A stretch of 64,000 nucleotides of DNA from Octopus bimaculoides (Eukaryota): positions 119,224,310 to 119,288,309 of the forward strand of contig NC_068985.1 in assembly GCF_001194135.2 (NCBI RefSeq), read 5' to 3'. Below the pieces are notes generated by a model. The model worked only from the letters and a program-made list of their open reading frames with translations, made no database searches and was not told the origin of the DNA. Positions 12,989 through 25,882 of the stretch are shown in pieces; the first letter of the stretch is position 1, and each line of letters opens with the position of its first letter. The position numbers were made by a program, and so were the translations under genes.

Positions 12989-13339
12989 TATGAATCTCGC
13001 ATCACACCACGCACACACTACAACTGACCAACTACTTTCTCCCTTTCTCCCTTCCCCATTTTCACACTACATACGTCAAGATCACCAGCATTCTNNNNNN
13101 NNNNNNNNNNNNNNNNNNNNNNNNNNNNNNNNNNNNNNNNNNNNNNNNNNNNNNNNNNNNNNNNNNNNNNNNNNNNNNNNNNNNNNNNNNNNNNNNNNNN
13201 NNNNNNNNNNNNNNNNNNNNNNNNNNNNNNNNNNNNNNNNNNNNNNNNNNNNNNNNNNNNNNNNNNNNNNNNNNNNNNNNNNNNNNNNNNNNNNNNNNNN
13301 NNNNNNNNNNNNNNNNNNNNNNNNNNNNNNNNNNNNNNN

Positions 13340-13390
13340 GTTATTTACACCACCTGTCCTCGTCTGTTGTTATTATTTGTATATTCTCCC

Positions 13391-13424
<34 letters not shown>

Positions 13425-13625
13425 ATGTGTTTGCGTGTCTGTGTTTGTTCCCCCAACATCGCTTGACAACCAATGCTGGTGTGTTTATGTCCCCGTAACT
13501 TAGCGGTTCGGCAAAAGAGACCAGTAGAATTAGGCTTCTAAAGAATAAGTCCTGGGGTCGATTTGGTCGACTAAAGGCGGTACTCCAGCATGACCGCAGT
13601 CAAATGACTGAAACAAGTAAAAGAG
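13340..13625 (+). mobile_element. SINE family A, 3' half
   Basis: GTAACTTAGCGGTTCGGCAAAAGAGACC..GGGGTCGATTTG..CAGTCAAATGACTGAAACAAGTAAAAGAG. Another 3' half lies at 12290-12485. Confidence 0.85.
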
Positions 13626-14169
13626 TAATATAATGATTAAATTGTATTTTATGCAGCATTTTGTGTTTTGTTATGTACCTGATCCCCCCAGTCTGTGGAA
13701 AAACTGTCTTACTTATAACCAAATTGTGGTGCTCAATTTGCACTTAATTAGCAGTGGTGTGATGCTCCAAAAGCAGAGTAGCCAGAGTAAAGATTAGATG
13801 GAAACAAAGAATTTTTCTGTAAGCATAAAGAGCAGAGTATATGATGCTTGTATACAAAGTGCAATAAAACATGGTAATAGGACATAGGCCTTGAATCCTC
13901 CTCCTTCTCATCGTCGTCAGCATCATCATCATCACTCTAAAGTCTATTTTCTATGTTGGCATGGGTTGGACAGTTTGACAGGGGCTGACTAGGCAGAAGT
14001 CTGCACTAGGCTTCACTGTTTGTTTTGGCAATGTTAAAACATGCTCAGAACTTTCCGGACAACCTAATAGCTCTCATACAGCACCAACTACTGCTAGTAG
14101 CCCAGTGCACAAACAAACCATTGTTGTCATTAACCCACAAACTCAGCTCTATAATAATGCCAAATTGAA

Positions 14170-17100
14170 CAAAAGTATCATTTCTTAGAGACTTTGCACA
14201 ACGAGAGAAACCTTGTACAGAGAGAAAAGACAATATGTGTAGCTCTAAGTGAAATGCACCTGACTGAAGACATATTGGATGCAGAAGTACAGATTATGTA
14301 CTACTCAGAACTGACCACAGAATACGGAAACAAGGAGAAATAGTGATCATCATCCAAGAAGACCTGGCCACAAATGTCCACCTCTCCCATTCCAATACAG
14401 TGTGTGATGCATTAATAATGTATGTGATTGACCTTAATTTGATCATAAGCATTATCTACTGTCTTCCTGATGCAGCTAACCATAGAGATCATTCAGAGAT
14501 GCTTTTTCACTCATAAGCCAAACCTCAAATGAGGCCAGCCCACAGGTCAATATACTTTTAGCAGGGGACTTTAATTTTCTGAGTCTCAGCTGGTCTAAGA
14601 GTTATATCCAACCTGAAATTATACAACTGGACAGGAGAGATATGAATGCTGTTTTCAATGCTACTAAAAGACTTCCTCCTGCAGCAAATCATTGCCCGTC
14701 CAGTTAAGGGAAAAAAGATACTCGACCTAGTCTCTACCATCAATACAAACTTCACTCACAATGTTCAGATCATTCCCACCACTATTTCTGACCACATTAT
14801 ACAATTATCTGTATATGGTTCAAAGAGGGCAACACACACAAATAACATCAAACATGGTTCACTCCTCATGAATTTCAGGAAGGCCAAGTGGAAGGAAGTC
14901 GAAAATGAAATCTTCGAAACAAACTGGTATCAGCACATTGGCAACCTCAATGTTAACGAGGGAATGAAGTTTCTGTACGAAGAGTTAATGAAGATCTGTT
15001 GAAAACATGCCCCATACAAACACGCCTATTCCTGCAAGCACTTGGTTCCACGAGATAGATGGATACTAATGTGTAACAGAACCAAACCAACAATGGATAC
15101 TAATGTGTAACAGAACCAAACCAACAATGTGTAACAATGTGTAACTAATGTGTAACAGAACCAAACCAACAATGTGTAACAATGTGTAACTAATGTGTAA
15201 CAGAACCAAACCAACAAANNNNNNNNNNNNNNNNNNNNNNNNNNNNNNNNNNNNNNNNNNNNNNNNNNNNNNNNNNNNNNNNNNNNNNNNNNNNNNNNNN
15301 NNNNNNNNNNNNNNNNNNNNNNNNNNNNNNNNNNNNNNNNNNNNNNNNNNNNNNNNNNNNNNNNNNNNNNNNNNNNNNNNNNNNNNNNNNNNNNNNNNNN
15401 NNNNNNNNNNNNNNNNNNNNNNNNNNNNNNNNNNNNNNNNNNNNNNNNNNNNNNNNNNNNNNNNNNNNNNNNNNNNNNNNNNNNNNNNNNNNNNNNNNNN
15501 NNNNNNNNNNNNNNNNNNNNNNNNNNNNNNNNNNNNNNNNNNNNNNNNNNNNNNNNNNNNNNNNNNNNNNNNNNNNNNNNNNNNNNNNNNNNNNNNNNNT
15601 ACTAATGTGTAACAGAACCAAACCAACAATGGATACTAATGTGTAACAGAACCAAACCAACAATGTGTAACAATGTGTAACTAATGTGTAACAGAACCAA
15701 ACCAACAATGTGTAACAATGTGTAACTAATGTGTAACAGAACCAAACCAACAAAACAACTAAAAAACCAACTCTCAACAGATGAGATTTAGAAAAGAAAA
15801 ATAAACATCGAGCTTGACCTGAAACTATCTCATGAAAAAGAAATTCCACTAAGTGAACAGCAAGCAGTGTAAAATATAAAATCTATTTCTGTGTTCTATT
15901 TGCACTTTGCTAACCAAAAATCAGCTACATATAACCAGATTGGCTATCTAATGTATAAAAATGGATCATATATTAATGATGCATCACAAATATGCATGTT
16001 CTTGAGTAAACATTATGACAGTGCATTTTCCCAACCTATAGTTAACAAAATAATATATGAGCCAAATGAATTCTTTGATCCGCAGAACTCAGCTAATGAC
16101 CTAGTCATTACAGTCAATGACCTAGATTCAAATTCAGCATCTGGATCAGACAGTATCTCAGCCATACTACTAAAAACACACAAAAACTGCCTCATGAAAC
16201 CATTAAAGATACTATTTCAAAAGTCATTAGAATTCCCCGAACTATTGAAAGACACAATAATGCTACCAATACACAAAGGAAGGTAGTGGGGCTGAAGCTA
16301 AAGATTACAGACCTGTTTCTCTCACATCTAAAATTATCAAGTGCATTGTCTGAAATTAGTACATACCTTGTTGAAAACAACCTCATAGATGACATACAGC
16401 ATAGTTTTTGGATTGGACGAAGTTGCTTTTCACAACTATTACAGCACCATAACACTATTCTTAATAATCTCTTGAGAGGGAAGGACATTGACTGCATGCA
16501 CCTTGATTTTGTTAAGATGTTCAACAAGACTGATCATGGAATCATCTGTCATAATTTAAGGAATCTTGGTGTCTCAGGAAAACAAAGAGAATGGCTCTTT
16601 GACTCCCTCTGTGGTAGGAGCCAAACTGTTACTGGAAATGGTTTCCTCTCTGCAAAGTCAACTGTAATAAGTGGTATGCCTCAGGGAATGGTTCTAGGAC
16701 TGTAATTATTTATCATCAACCTATCACAAGTGTACTCATCTGAAATACCAAGTTATGCCGATCATGCAAAAATATCCATGGCTATCCAAGCTCCAGAAGA
16801 TACTGTCCCACTCCAAAATGAGCTACACCTCATTTATATCAATAGGTAGATTAAAACAATATGAAATATAATAAATAAGATTTCAGATTCTTCGTTACAA
16901 AGAGAATAAACACAAATCACAATATTTGATGCCAAAATGATTCAGAGTGCTAATGATATATGGGACTTAGGAGTAATCATATCAAATGATGCATCTTTCA
17001 TTAGCCACATCACCAAACTGATCTCTAAATGCAGATATTTCATAGGATGGATCTTGCAAACCTTTAGGACAAGAGAGCCAATAGTTAGGCTAACTCTATG

Positions 17101-17630
17101 GAAAACCTGAGTTCTGAACAGGTTAGATTACGGCTCACAGTTTTGGTCTCCTAACTCGTCCACTCTCATAGAAATTGAAGGGTTACAAAGAACATTTACC
17201 AGTAAAGTACCTTTGGTTAAAAGCCTTAAATACTAGGAATATTTGAAAGTGCTGTGTCTCTACTATGTTGAATGCTGAAGACAGAGATATACTATCACAT
17301 GTGTATGGAAAATTCTGTTCCAAACTTCAACATTAGAGAGAATTTTAATGCACAAACTGTTAGATACTACAGTCAGCTTCCAAATATGCCACTTTCGAAA
17401 TCATGAGCAAAAACACTTTATTGTACCAGTCTGATATTAAGAGGTCCTCAACAGTTTAAGTGCCTGGCTAAAGTAATCAGAAATATAAAAGGAACTCTAC
17501 TGAAACATTAAACAAAACAACATTGGCTAAACTCCTAACAATAATACCAGACTAGTCAGCCATTCAAGGTTGCACTCAGAGGAGATCAGCTGCTCCCAAC
17601 TCAATCATAGACCAACTTCCTGCCATAAAG
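14170..17630 (+). mobile_element. CR1/L2/jockey-group LINE ORF2 pseudogene (APE + RT), interrupted by a minisatellite and a gap
   Basis: APE: ALSEMHLTEDILDAEV, KILDLV..TISDH. RT: HLDFVKMFNKTDHGII, SGMPQGMVLG, YADHAKI. C-terminus LDYGSQFWSP..IEGLQRTFT. Multiple stops and frameshifts. Confidence 0.9.
15061..15752. repeat. Minisatellite of 34- and 45-bp units built on AATGTGTAACAGAACCAAACCAAC (central gap 15219-15599)
   Basis: Units read directly on both sides of the gap. Confidence 0.95.
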
Positions 17631-17843
17631 TGACAAACTGCAAAATTGTGACATAAAAAAAATAACAAAGTTTTCATGTGGTTTATAAATGGGTGCATTT
17701 AAAAGTAAGAGTTACAATAAAATTAAAATTAAAATATAGTTTGTATCTAGTCAAAGGGTCTCTTGAAAGCCAAAAATGTAAAGTGAATGTTATACAAAAG
17801 TGGTGCCATTTTAAGTGAAAAAAAATAAAATTCAAATGTAAAA

Positions 17844-18620
17844 TCAATGTATTTTTCCACTCGACAATTTAAATTTCGCAGCGTATCTACAAGAATTTAA
17901 AAGTTCCAGCCTTTGGTTCAATCCTGAAAAAGGATGGAAAATTTTTTCAGTCAGGCACATATCAGACCTCATTGGGCCTCTATATGCTCCATGTTTATAT
18001 GGTGCTGCCCTCTCTAAGAGTGTCCAGCAGATTTTGAAAGGACGGGTATCACTTTCTTTCAACTGCCAGACACACTTAGCTAGACTTGTTGCTGTCCTAT
18101 TTTCAGGATATTTAAATGAATTTCGACGGGAATATAGCCTTGTCTTGAAGGAATTTTCCATGGCCCATGTACAAGTCTTTGTTTGTGAGCCATCTATTTG
18201 CACCTTAGCTTTATATACTATCCCTTTCTCCAAACAATTTCCTCTCAACAGACAGCAACTTTGGTCCTAACAATTACAATTCTGATTATATCCAGTACTG
18301 TGGTTATTCCCAATAGATTTTGCATTGTGCTGGTTAATTAAAGAGGTAAAGTTCTTGCAACAATAACAGCTAACCCTCAGCGTTCTCCTATTAAAAATTC
18401 TATGGTACTTATGGTTTGCTTGAAAGATCTTAGAAATTAGTTTCAAGAATTCCCTACCTATATTAGTTTTTACAGCAATATTAAATGTTGGATTAAACCA
18501 CAAAACTTTCCTAGTTCTAGTCCTATTTGCTCTATTATTGTTAGTTATGCTTTGACTATACTGGATCTTTTTTGGCCATCTTGGAAACTTCTGAACCACT
18601 TGTACACTGTGCATACACAG
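17844..18620 (-). mobile_element. Penelope-like retroelement 3' fragment: RT thumb, Cys linker, GIY-YIG endonuclease (Naiad-like)
   Basis: RKVLWFNPTFNIAVKTNIGREFL..IFNRRT..HN; linker CNC*DQSCCLLRGNCL; IVYKAKV..FKTR..SF..TSLAKCVWQLK..I.W..L..A..Y..MCLTEK..LNQRLELLNSCRY. Confidence 0.88.
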
Positions 18621-19059
18621 CAGAGTTCAAAGTCAATCTGTGCCAAGCGACTTCACTCTGCACGCTTTAGCTTCGTTACTATGGCAACAGTCCCAATACT
18701 AATTGATTAGACCTCGTACATACATATGTAGACACATGTACATGCAGAAAAATACATGCATACTTATAAAGAAATTCTGGAGTTATCTGCTCGGGGGAAC
18801 ATAGTAAGGCCACTTAGAGTGAATTATTCAGACTATTTATACTGAGTTTGCACATGTTTTACTAAATAGTGAATGCAACAATTGTTGTTTTGTTTGTTTT
18901 GAGAATACACCAGAGATGAATGAACTAAGACAGTAGTAGTTCTTATATACACATTAATAGAATAAAATGTTTAGTACTCTTGTTGTTAACGGTGGTGATG
19001 ATGAGAGAATAAGGAAGAAGCTGAAACTAAAGAAATAAAGACAGATGAAGTGGTTAGAA

Positions 19060-19290
19060 CAAAGTAAAATGACAGATTTCAAATTCTGGCACAAGGCATG
19101 CAGGTTTGGAGAAGAGAATAAGTCAATTTCATCGACCCCAGTACTCAACTGGCACTTATTTTATTGACCCTGAAAAGATGAAAGGGAAAGTGGACCTCAG
19201 TAGAATTTGAACTCTGAACATAAAGACAGACGAAAAACTGCAGAGCATATTGCTTGGCATGCTAACGATCCTGTCAGCTTGCCGCCTTAA
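19060..19290 (-). mobile_element. SINE family B
   Basis: ATCGACCCCAGTACTCAACTGGCACTTATTTTATTGACCC..GATGAAAGGGAAAGTGGACCTC shared with the family. Confidence 0.8.
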
Positions 19291-19859
19291 TAGTAGAATG
19301 ATAGATTGGAAGATAGATAAGAAATTAATTAGAATAGTGAAGTACCTGATTGCATATATATATATTCAAATGTGTTTAAATATTGTACAATAAATATTTA
19401 AGTTTCAATATGTTGCTGTGCATAATACTTAAGTGTTTCTAATTATGGTGCGACATTGCAATCCATGAAAAGACAGGAAGATTTCTGGACATTTGTGTAC
19501 ACAAGTTGATAGGTGCCTTGAAGGAAGTGTAGAGACCAAGTGTATCTGGTGCTGTTGTGAATAATTACTGTAGATAAAGCAAGTATGACAAGCTGCTAAA
19601 CACATTTTGGATGTGATGAAGTGAGTAAACTTCCTTTATTTTATTATTACTTAAGCAATACTGTATAAAGAGAAGAAAATAAATAGCTGAAAGCATAGTG
19701 CAGACAACATAGTCTGTGTTTCTTATTGAAAATGCCAGGAGAATATGGCAGATGATGTTACTGAAACAATGTTAGATTTTGCTGTGATATGATCAGGTGT
19801 CAGAATACATAATACCCACTGAACAGAAACCTTCATAATGACAAGTTCATTGTGCAGAA

Positions 19860-20360
19860 TATTCTTGACTTACTCACAAGATATGCTGATAGCATTGACT
19901 ATTTGATTCATAGTTAATTGCCTGTCATCCATCAGCATGTGATAAATACAACCAATGTTTTCCTCATTGGTGGCAGTTGCAGGATGTCCAGACCTTGGGT
20001 TACATCCAGGACTCTCTGTTCCCTTCCTAAATTCAGCTGCCCACTTTTGCACTGTTGATAAAGCTGGAGCATCATCCTCTAATGTAGAAACTATGTCAGC
20101 ATAAATGTCAGTGGGGGGGGGGGGGCTAAACCCTTTTTTTTTTGCAGGTATTTGATAACACCATGATGCCAAGTTTTGTCCATTTTAAACAAAAATCACT
20201 ACTAGTTACTTTTGAAGTATTCTTTTAACTGTCAGATATCAGTTTACCTGAAAAGAAACAATGCAGTTATTAATAAGAGTTGTAAACAATGCATGCAAGA
20301 TTTCATAGCTCTAGTATCACCGTTTCATAGTTAGGCTATGAACTTTTCAGCCCATCCTCA
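19860..20360 (-). mobile_element. mariner transposase N-terminal (HTH) fragment
   Basis: MDKTWHHGVIKYLQKKGL..DIYADIVSTLEDDAPALSTVQKWAAEFRKG..PRSGHP; TIR-like GATGGGCTGAAAAGTTCATAG on the minus strand near 20337-20357. Confidence 0.85.
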
Positions 20361-20776
20361 TTGATTTCTCACCAACGGAGAAACAGCTGGTTTCTGACCG
20401 GATACAAGGCATTTTCATTGGAATTTCCTATAACAACTATGTATATATGTGTCTCTACATGAGCAAATATCCATATTTTTGTTTTACATATGTGTACTCA
20501 TACATATAGTTGCATGTTTAAACATGTTGTGCATATGTGCTTATATACTAAACTTTTGTAAGGTTTTACATATGTTGACTGTTCCATTGATGGCTTATAT
20601 TTATACTCTTTTAATTAACTTTCTCCTTTTCTTCTTTCTAGTTTTGAGAGCCCTAATTTCTCCAGATTGGTGCAGAGGCATAAAAAGTAAATATAAAATG
20701 ACAACAATGAGGATGATGGTGATGATGATGATGGTGTGTGTGTGTGTGTGTGTGTGTATGCCTGTACAAATTAAAT

Positions 20777-21193
20777 AGGGTGGCTTATTAGCAATTAGAA
20801 CCTGAAGACAAAATTAATGGAGGTCACAAAAGTGACATACGGTACTGACTAGCACCGCTTTTTTAAAATTTGTTGTTTACACTTTTACTGTTTTAGAAAT
20901 CAGCACACATTTTCAACGGTTTTTCTTGTAAGACTGACAGAGGTAGTTGAGTTTAACCCTAGGCATTAAGAGCCATTGATGCGAAGATGGTCTACATGAA
21001 AATCCAGAATCACGATCCGGCTATGTACACTGGGGACTTACCTCCCTTTGTCAGACACTTAAGACAGTGCATTTGTGATTTGAGTTAGTTTAACTTTTAT
21101 CTTTAGCAAAAGTAGTGCTAGTCAGTACCCGCTGTCATTTTTGTGACCTCTATTAATTTTGCCTTCAGGTTCTAATTGCTAATAAGCTACCCT
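20777..21193. mobile_element. MITE with ~85-bp TIRs (Tc1/mariner-like termini)
   Basis: Left GGTGGCTTATTAGCAATTAGAACCTGAAGACAAAATTAATGGAGGTCACAAAA.. matches the reverse complement of ~21112-21193; no coding capacity. Confidence 0.85.
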
Positions 21194-21231
21194 TTTTAAT
21201 TTGTGGTATATATATATATATATATATATAT

Positions 21232-22115
21232 ACCAGGTGCAGTGAATATATTGTCATCTAAATCATGCAAAAATGAAAATAACACTGACATCTCATTTTA
21301 ACAGATATATTTACGAAAGCTACATTAAAAAATCTTGGAATACAAAAGAGTAAATTTATTCAATAAAATCGCCATTGGCTTCAACCATGGCCTCCAGATG
21401 ACTTCGGAATCTCCTACAACTCTTCTGGATGGTCTCCTTGTTTAAGTTGATGAATGCTGCCATAATCCTTGCCTTCAGTTCATCTTTGGTGTTACAAGGA
21501 ATCTTGTTGGTCTCTCACTCAACTGTGCCCCACACATAATAATCAAGGGGTTTGCAATCAGGGGTGTTAGGTGGCCAGATGTTAGGGGTGATGTGGTGCA
21601 GAAAACGTCTCACAGCTATGACTGGGTTCTCCTACTTGTGTAGCATGGTGCAGAGTCCTGTTGCCAGACATAGGGTCTTCCAACAGCCCCCCTCTTGACC
21701 CAGGGCAGCACTACCTCTTCCAGGTACTTGATGTAGGCCTCTGTGTTGAGTCTGAGGATGTGTGGGAAGATGAATGGAAGCATAATGTTCTCATCACAAG
21801 TGATCACTCCCAACACCATAATGTTGTCTGGATGTTTGATTTTTATCACTCTCAGTACATGTTTTGGGGACACAGCAAACTAACAGTTGTTCTGTGTGTT
21901 CACCATCTGCTTGTATTGGAGTTTCTGGAGTGAATGCCAAGTAGTACAGCATGTTGTTTGCAAGTTTCTTGCAGAGTGAAGTGTGTCATGGTGCTGTTTT
22001 TCTCACAGGCAGTACCCAACTGACCCTACTATACAGTGTAGTCAACAAAATTAAAAACAAACAATGCACATGCATGAAATTAAAATATAAAATGGCAACA
22101 ATTTACCCATATTAA
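21232..22115 (-). mobile_element. maT/DD37D-type Tc1-mariner relic
   Basis: KHPDNIMVLGVIT..YIKYLEEVVLPWV..PYVWQQDSAPCYTSRRTQ; homologous to the copy at 48560; TIR-like ends. Confidence 0.8.
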
Positions 22116-22437
22116 TCAATGAAATTCTAACCTAGTATGATTTTCTTGTTTAATATTTACAATCTTTACAATTTTACAATATTATATATTTATTGTGATA
22201 AAACTAGTACTTTTATGCATTACGCAATCATTAGGTTTATGTAGTAGTAGTAGTGACAGTCATGTTCCACAATTGACAACTGTAGTGAAATGATAAAATT
22301 TGTCTTTTAAATACCTTCTGATGAACCCAAGCAGGCTCAATCTTATGAACTGTATTTTAGAACTGTGGTTTAGATGTCATAGTTTGGCAAGTGCACCAAG
22401 TAAGTTCTAACTGTATTTTGACCAATCAGTATGTGGC

Positions 22438-23770
22438 TTAGAATATACTGTAAAAAGAGAATGATAATTTTATCACATATATAGGAACAGTCAACAGGTT
22501 GTGGGAAAATGTTAAACTTGAAGAACTTACACCTGAGATGTTCAAGTGTCTTATTTTCATACAAGGCCTTACAACAAGTGAAGATACAGAAATTCAGGCA
22601 AGAATTCTTTCTAAATTGGAACAAGCAAACCAAGATCTAATCTTACAGTCTATGGCAGAAGAATGCCAAAGGATGGTAAACCTGAAACACAATGTAGAAA
22701 AAATTCGAAAGGATTCCTCAAAAATACAGATATGCCGACCAGAAAAGTTCAACCAAACAAGAGCACCACGTCCTAATTCATGTTATGGATGTGGGAGCAT
22801 ACATTTCAGAAAAGACTGTCCATTTAAAAATCAAAAAATGTTACAGATGCAAAAGAATTGGTCACAAGAGTTCACACTGCAGAATAAAATTATGAAGGTC
22901 AAATGTTAAAAATTCTAGAGTGCTCTCAGCAGAAACAAAAATTGACTCCCAAATAAGAATATTCGTACACATAAAAATAAATGGAATAGATATTAAACTT
23001 CAGTTGGATACTAGAAGTGATATTTCAATAATAAATATGGACACATGGAAGAAGATAGGGAAACCTATGTTGAGAAAAAACACTGAAATCTGCTCGTAGC
23101 ATGATGGGCGACAAATTACATTTCATTGGCAAAATGTGGACTAATGTCACATTTCGAGGGAAAACATGCAAGGCGAATGTCGTCATTAAAAAATCCAACC
23201 GATCTGTTTGGTACAGGTTGGTTAGAATTATTTGATTTATGGGACCTCTTTATATATCTCTATTGCAAAAACATAAATGGTTATTCCTCTAAAAATAATT
23301 CATCTGAAGAGTTAAAGAGAAAATTTTTTTTAATGTTTCTACAAGTACTCTCAGACAAACTAGGTCTATGCACAAAGACTGAAGCGTGTTTTGAATTAGA
23401 TGATAACGTTACACTTCTGTTCAAGCCTAATAGGAAAGTGCCTTTTGTGGCAATAAAGCAAGTGGACAATGAATTGGACAGATTGGAAAAAAACCCAGAA
23501 TCATTGAAAATGTGAATTACACGAAATGGGAAGCTATGTATAAAAGAGAATAACAACAAAATTAGGTTGTGTGCCAATTTTTCGACTGGTTTAAATGACT
23601 GTTTAAAAATGAACCATTATCCACTACCGACCCCAGAAGATATTTTTACAAAACTAAATGGAGGAAAAATATTTTCAAAACTCACTCTGTCTGACACATA
23701 TCAACAAATCAAAGTAGATACAAAATGCTCAGAGCTGTTAATGGTCAACACGCACATAGGCATCCTAAAT
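22438..23770 (+). mobile_element. Ty3/Gypsy relic, part 1: gag C-terminus, Zn knuckle, protease, RT start
   Basis: FKCLIFIQGL..ARILSKLE; CYGCGSIHFRKDC; LQLDTRSDISII; RKVPFVAIKQVDNELDRLE; CANFSTGLND..YPLPTPEDIFTKLNGGKIFSKL. Confidence 0.9.
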
Positions 23771-23774
23771 TAAG

Positions 23775-23955
23775 TGGCAGCGTTAATGAAGATGTTACAC
23801 GTTAATTTAATGTGTTAAACTTATCTTTATTAATGTATATTGAATTATACATAGATCTGTACAAGATTTACACAGTTATAAGAGTTAGAACATGTGATCT
23901 GTTCGTGGACCTTTTTCTTTGGAAATTATTGCCCGCCACACTAAAAAGTTTCCCC
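23775..23955. mobile_element. hAT-type non-autonomous end fragment
   Basis: Ends in AAAAAGTTTCCCCACCCCTG, a Charlie-like TIR. Confidence 0.5.
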
Positions 23956-24230
23956 ACCCCTGATATAGAATAACACCAAACCCAAATACTAATTCAGGAA
24001 AATCCCCAGCAGAGTTAATGTTCACGTGTAAAATAAAATCGATCTTCTATAAATTATTGCCAGGAAAAAAATACATATAAAGGAAGACAAAAAATACATT
24101 TAAAGGAAATACAAGAAATATTACATAACATTTTGAAGTAGGAGATAAAGTTCATTTTAAAAATTACAAAAACGGTAAAAAAAGGTTGGGAGGATGGCTG
24201 TGTAATGAAAAGATTAGGTAACATAATGTA

Positions 24231-25131
24231 TTAGGTGGTCAAGAAAGTTCTTGCGGAATTTTAAATTTTGGTTTTAAATAATGTATTTTCAAATTAATTT
24301 TCATTAAATTGCTTCTGAATTAGACATAACATATACGACAATTTCCAACCACTTGAAAGAGATTAGAAAAACAAAAATACTTGAGAAATGGGTGCCGCAT
24401 GAATTGAATGACAAACAAAAAAGACGCTGTTTTAAATTGTTGTCTTCCTTTCAACAAGAACGACCTGTTTCTCGACCGGATTGTGACTTGCGATGAAAAG
24501 TGGATTCTTTACGACAACCGGCGACGCTCAGCTCAGTGGTTGGACGCTGACGGAGCTCCATGGCACTTCCTGAAGCCAAAGTTGCACCAAAAGAAGGTCA
24601 TGGTGACTGTTTGGTGACCTGCAGCCAGTCTCATCCATCACAGCTTTTTGGATCCAGGCGAAACCATTTTGGCGGAGAAGTACTATCAGCAAATGGATGA
24701 AATGCATAAGAAACTCCGACAACAACAGCCAGCATTGGTCAATAGAAAAGGACCAATTCTTCTCCACAACAACGCTCAGCCGCACGTCGCACAACTGATC
24801 CTGCAGAAATTGAACAAATTGGGCTACGAAATTCTGCCTCATCCGCCATACTTACCTTACCTACTGACTACCACTTTTTCAAGCATCTCGACAACTTCCT
24901 GCATGAGAAATGCTTCATAAACCAAGACGATGCCAAACATGCCTTCAACGACTTCATCACCATCAGAACGCAGGATTTTTATGCTACTGACATAAATAAA
25001 CTTGTTTCACATTGGCAAAAGTGTGTTGATTCTGATGGTGTTTATTTCGATTAATAAAGTTTTGTTTGAGCTGAGATATGGGCATCTGAATTTAAAGGTT
25101 AAAAACTGCAAGAACTTTCTTGACAATCTAA
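24231..25131 (+). mobile_element. Internally deleted mariner (DD34D class) with both TIRs and TA TSD
   Basis: TIRs TTAG(G/A)T(G/T)GTCAAGAAAGTTCTTGC flanked by TA. DRIVTCDEKWILYDN, KPKLHQKKVMVTVW, ILLHNNAQPH, HPPYLP..DYHFF. HTH region missing. Confidence 0.93.
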
Positions 25132-25140
25132 TATTTAATT

Positions 25141-25545
25141 AAAGGACAATATTTGGAACATAAGAGACACCTTAAACAGTCAAAGATGAGACATACAGAA
25201 GGACGAAGGGTAATACTAATGGAAGTCTTCTATGATATGTTTGAAGTGCCGACACTGAGAGATATTGAACCCTATAGAACTAGCTTCAGAAAACGAAAAC
25301 ACTGAATGTCTGGAAGTAATACCTGAGCGAAAAAGATATTAAATTTTCAAAGAAAAAAAAAAAAAACAAGCGCGCTTAGTACAGTGAAAAGAAAAAGTGC
25401 TATGTGCAATGGACAATACTACCCTTAAAAGTCAGGTAACAGTTAAGATACGACAGCTAAAAAAAAAAGAGGGAAAAGTGTTAGAAAGACAAAAAATAAA
25501 ATAAATTCCAGTTTCTTACAATAGTCAAAATCTCAAAAGGGGAGA
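25141..25545 (+). mobile_element. Ty3/Gypsy relic: integrase C-terminal tail, 3' UTR and polypurine tract
   Basis: KGQYLEHKRHLKQSKMRH..MEVFYDMFEVP (resembles the KRHxNQLRxR tail of K02A2.6-like integrases); PPT AAAAGGGGAGA at 25535-25545. Confidence 0.65.
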
Positions 25546-25812
25546 TGTGATGAGAGTTATGACGCCCTCTTGTGAGAGATAGACTGGTCCAAGTAAAGTA
25601 TAAATAGTAACGATCCGAATGAGTTCAAAAAGTTCAGAGTTTGGAGTCGAGTGAAGTTCGTGTTAGTTTGCAGTGAAGTCAGAAGGTGTCAGTTGGTCAG
25701 TTCACAAGGAATATTGATTGTTGGTTCATAAAGAGATTTGTTAGTTTGTTACATTGTTTTTACACTTGTCTAGTTATCTTATTTATTGTTTGTAACAAGC
25801 TATGTTGCAACA
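25546..25812 (+). repeat. LTR (267 bp, TGT...ACA)
   Basis: Starts right after the PPT, has TATAAATA at 25599-25606, ends ..GCAACA, and is followed by PBS-like TCAGGCAACAAGGA (decayed TGGCGACGAGGA) and gag. Confidence 0.75.
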
Positions 25813-25882
25813 TCAGGCAACAAGGATTTTGAAGCTCAAGTATGTTATTTAACAATTTGTTTGTGATACAACTTGTTAAATA

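Noticed and set aside
15061-15752. Repeat array superficially resembling a CRISPR array
   Set aside because: The units are contiguous with no unique spacers, the context is a eukaryotic LINE, and there are no cas genes.
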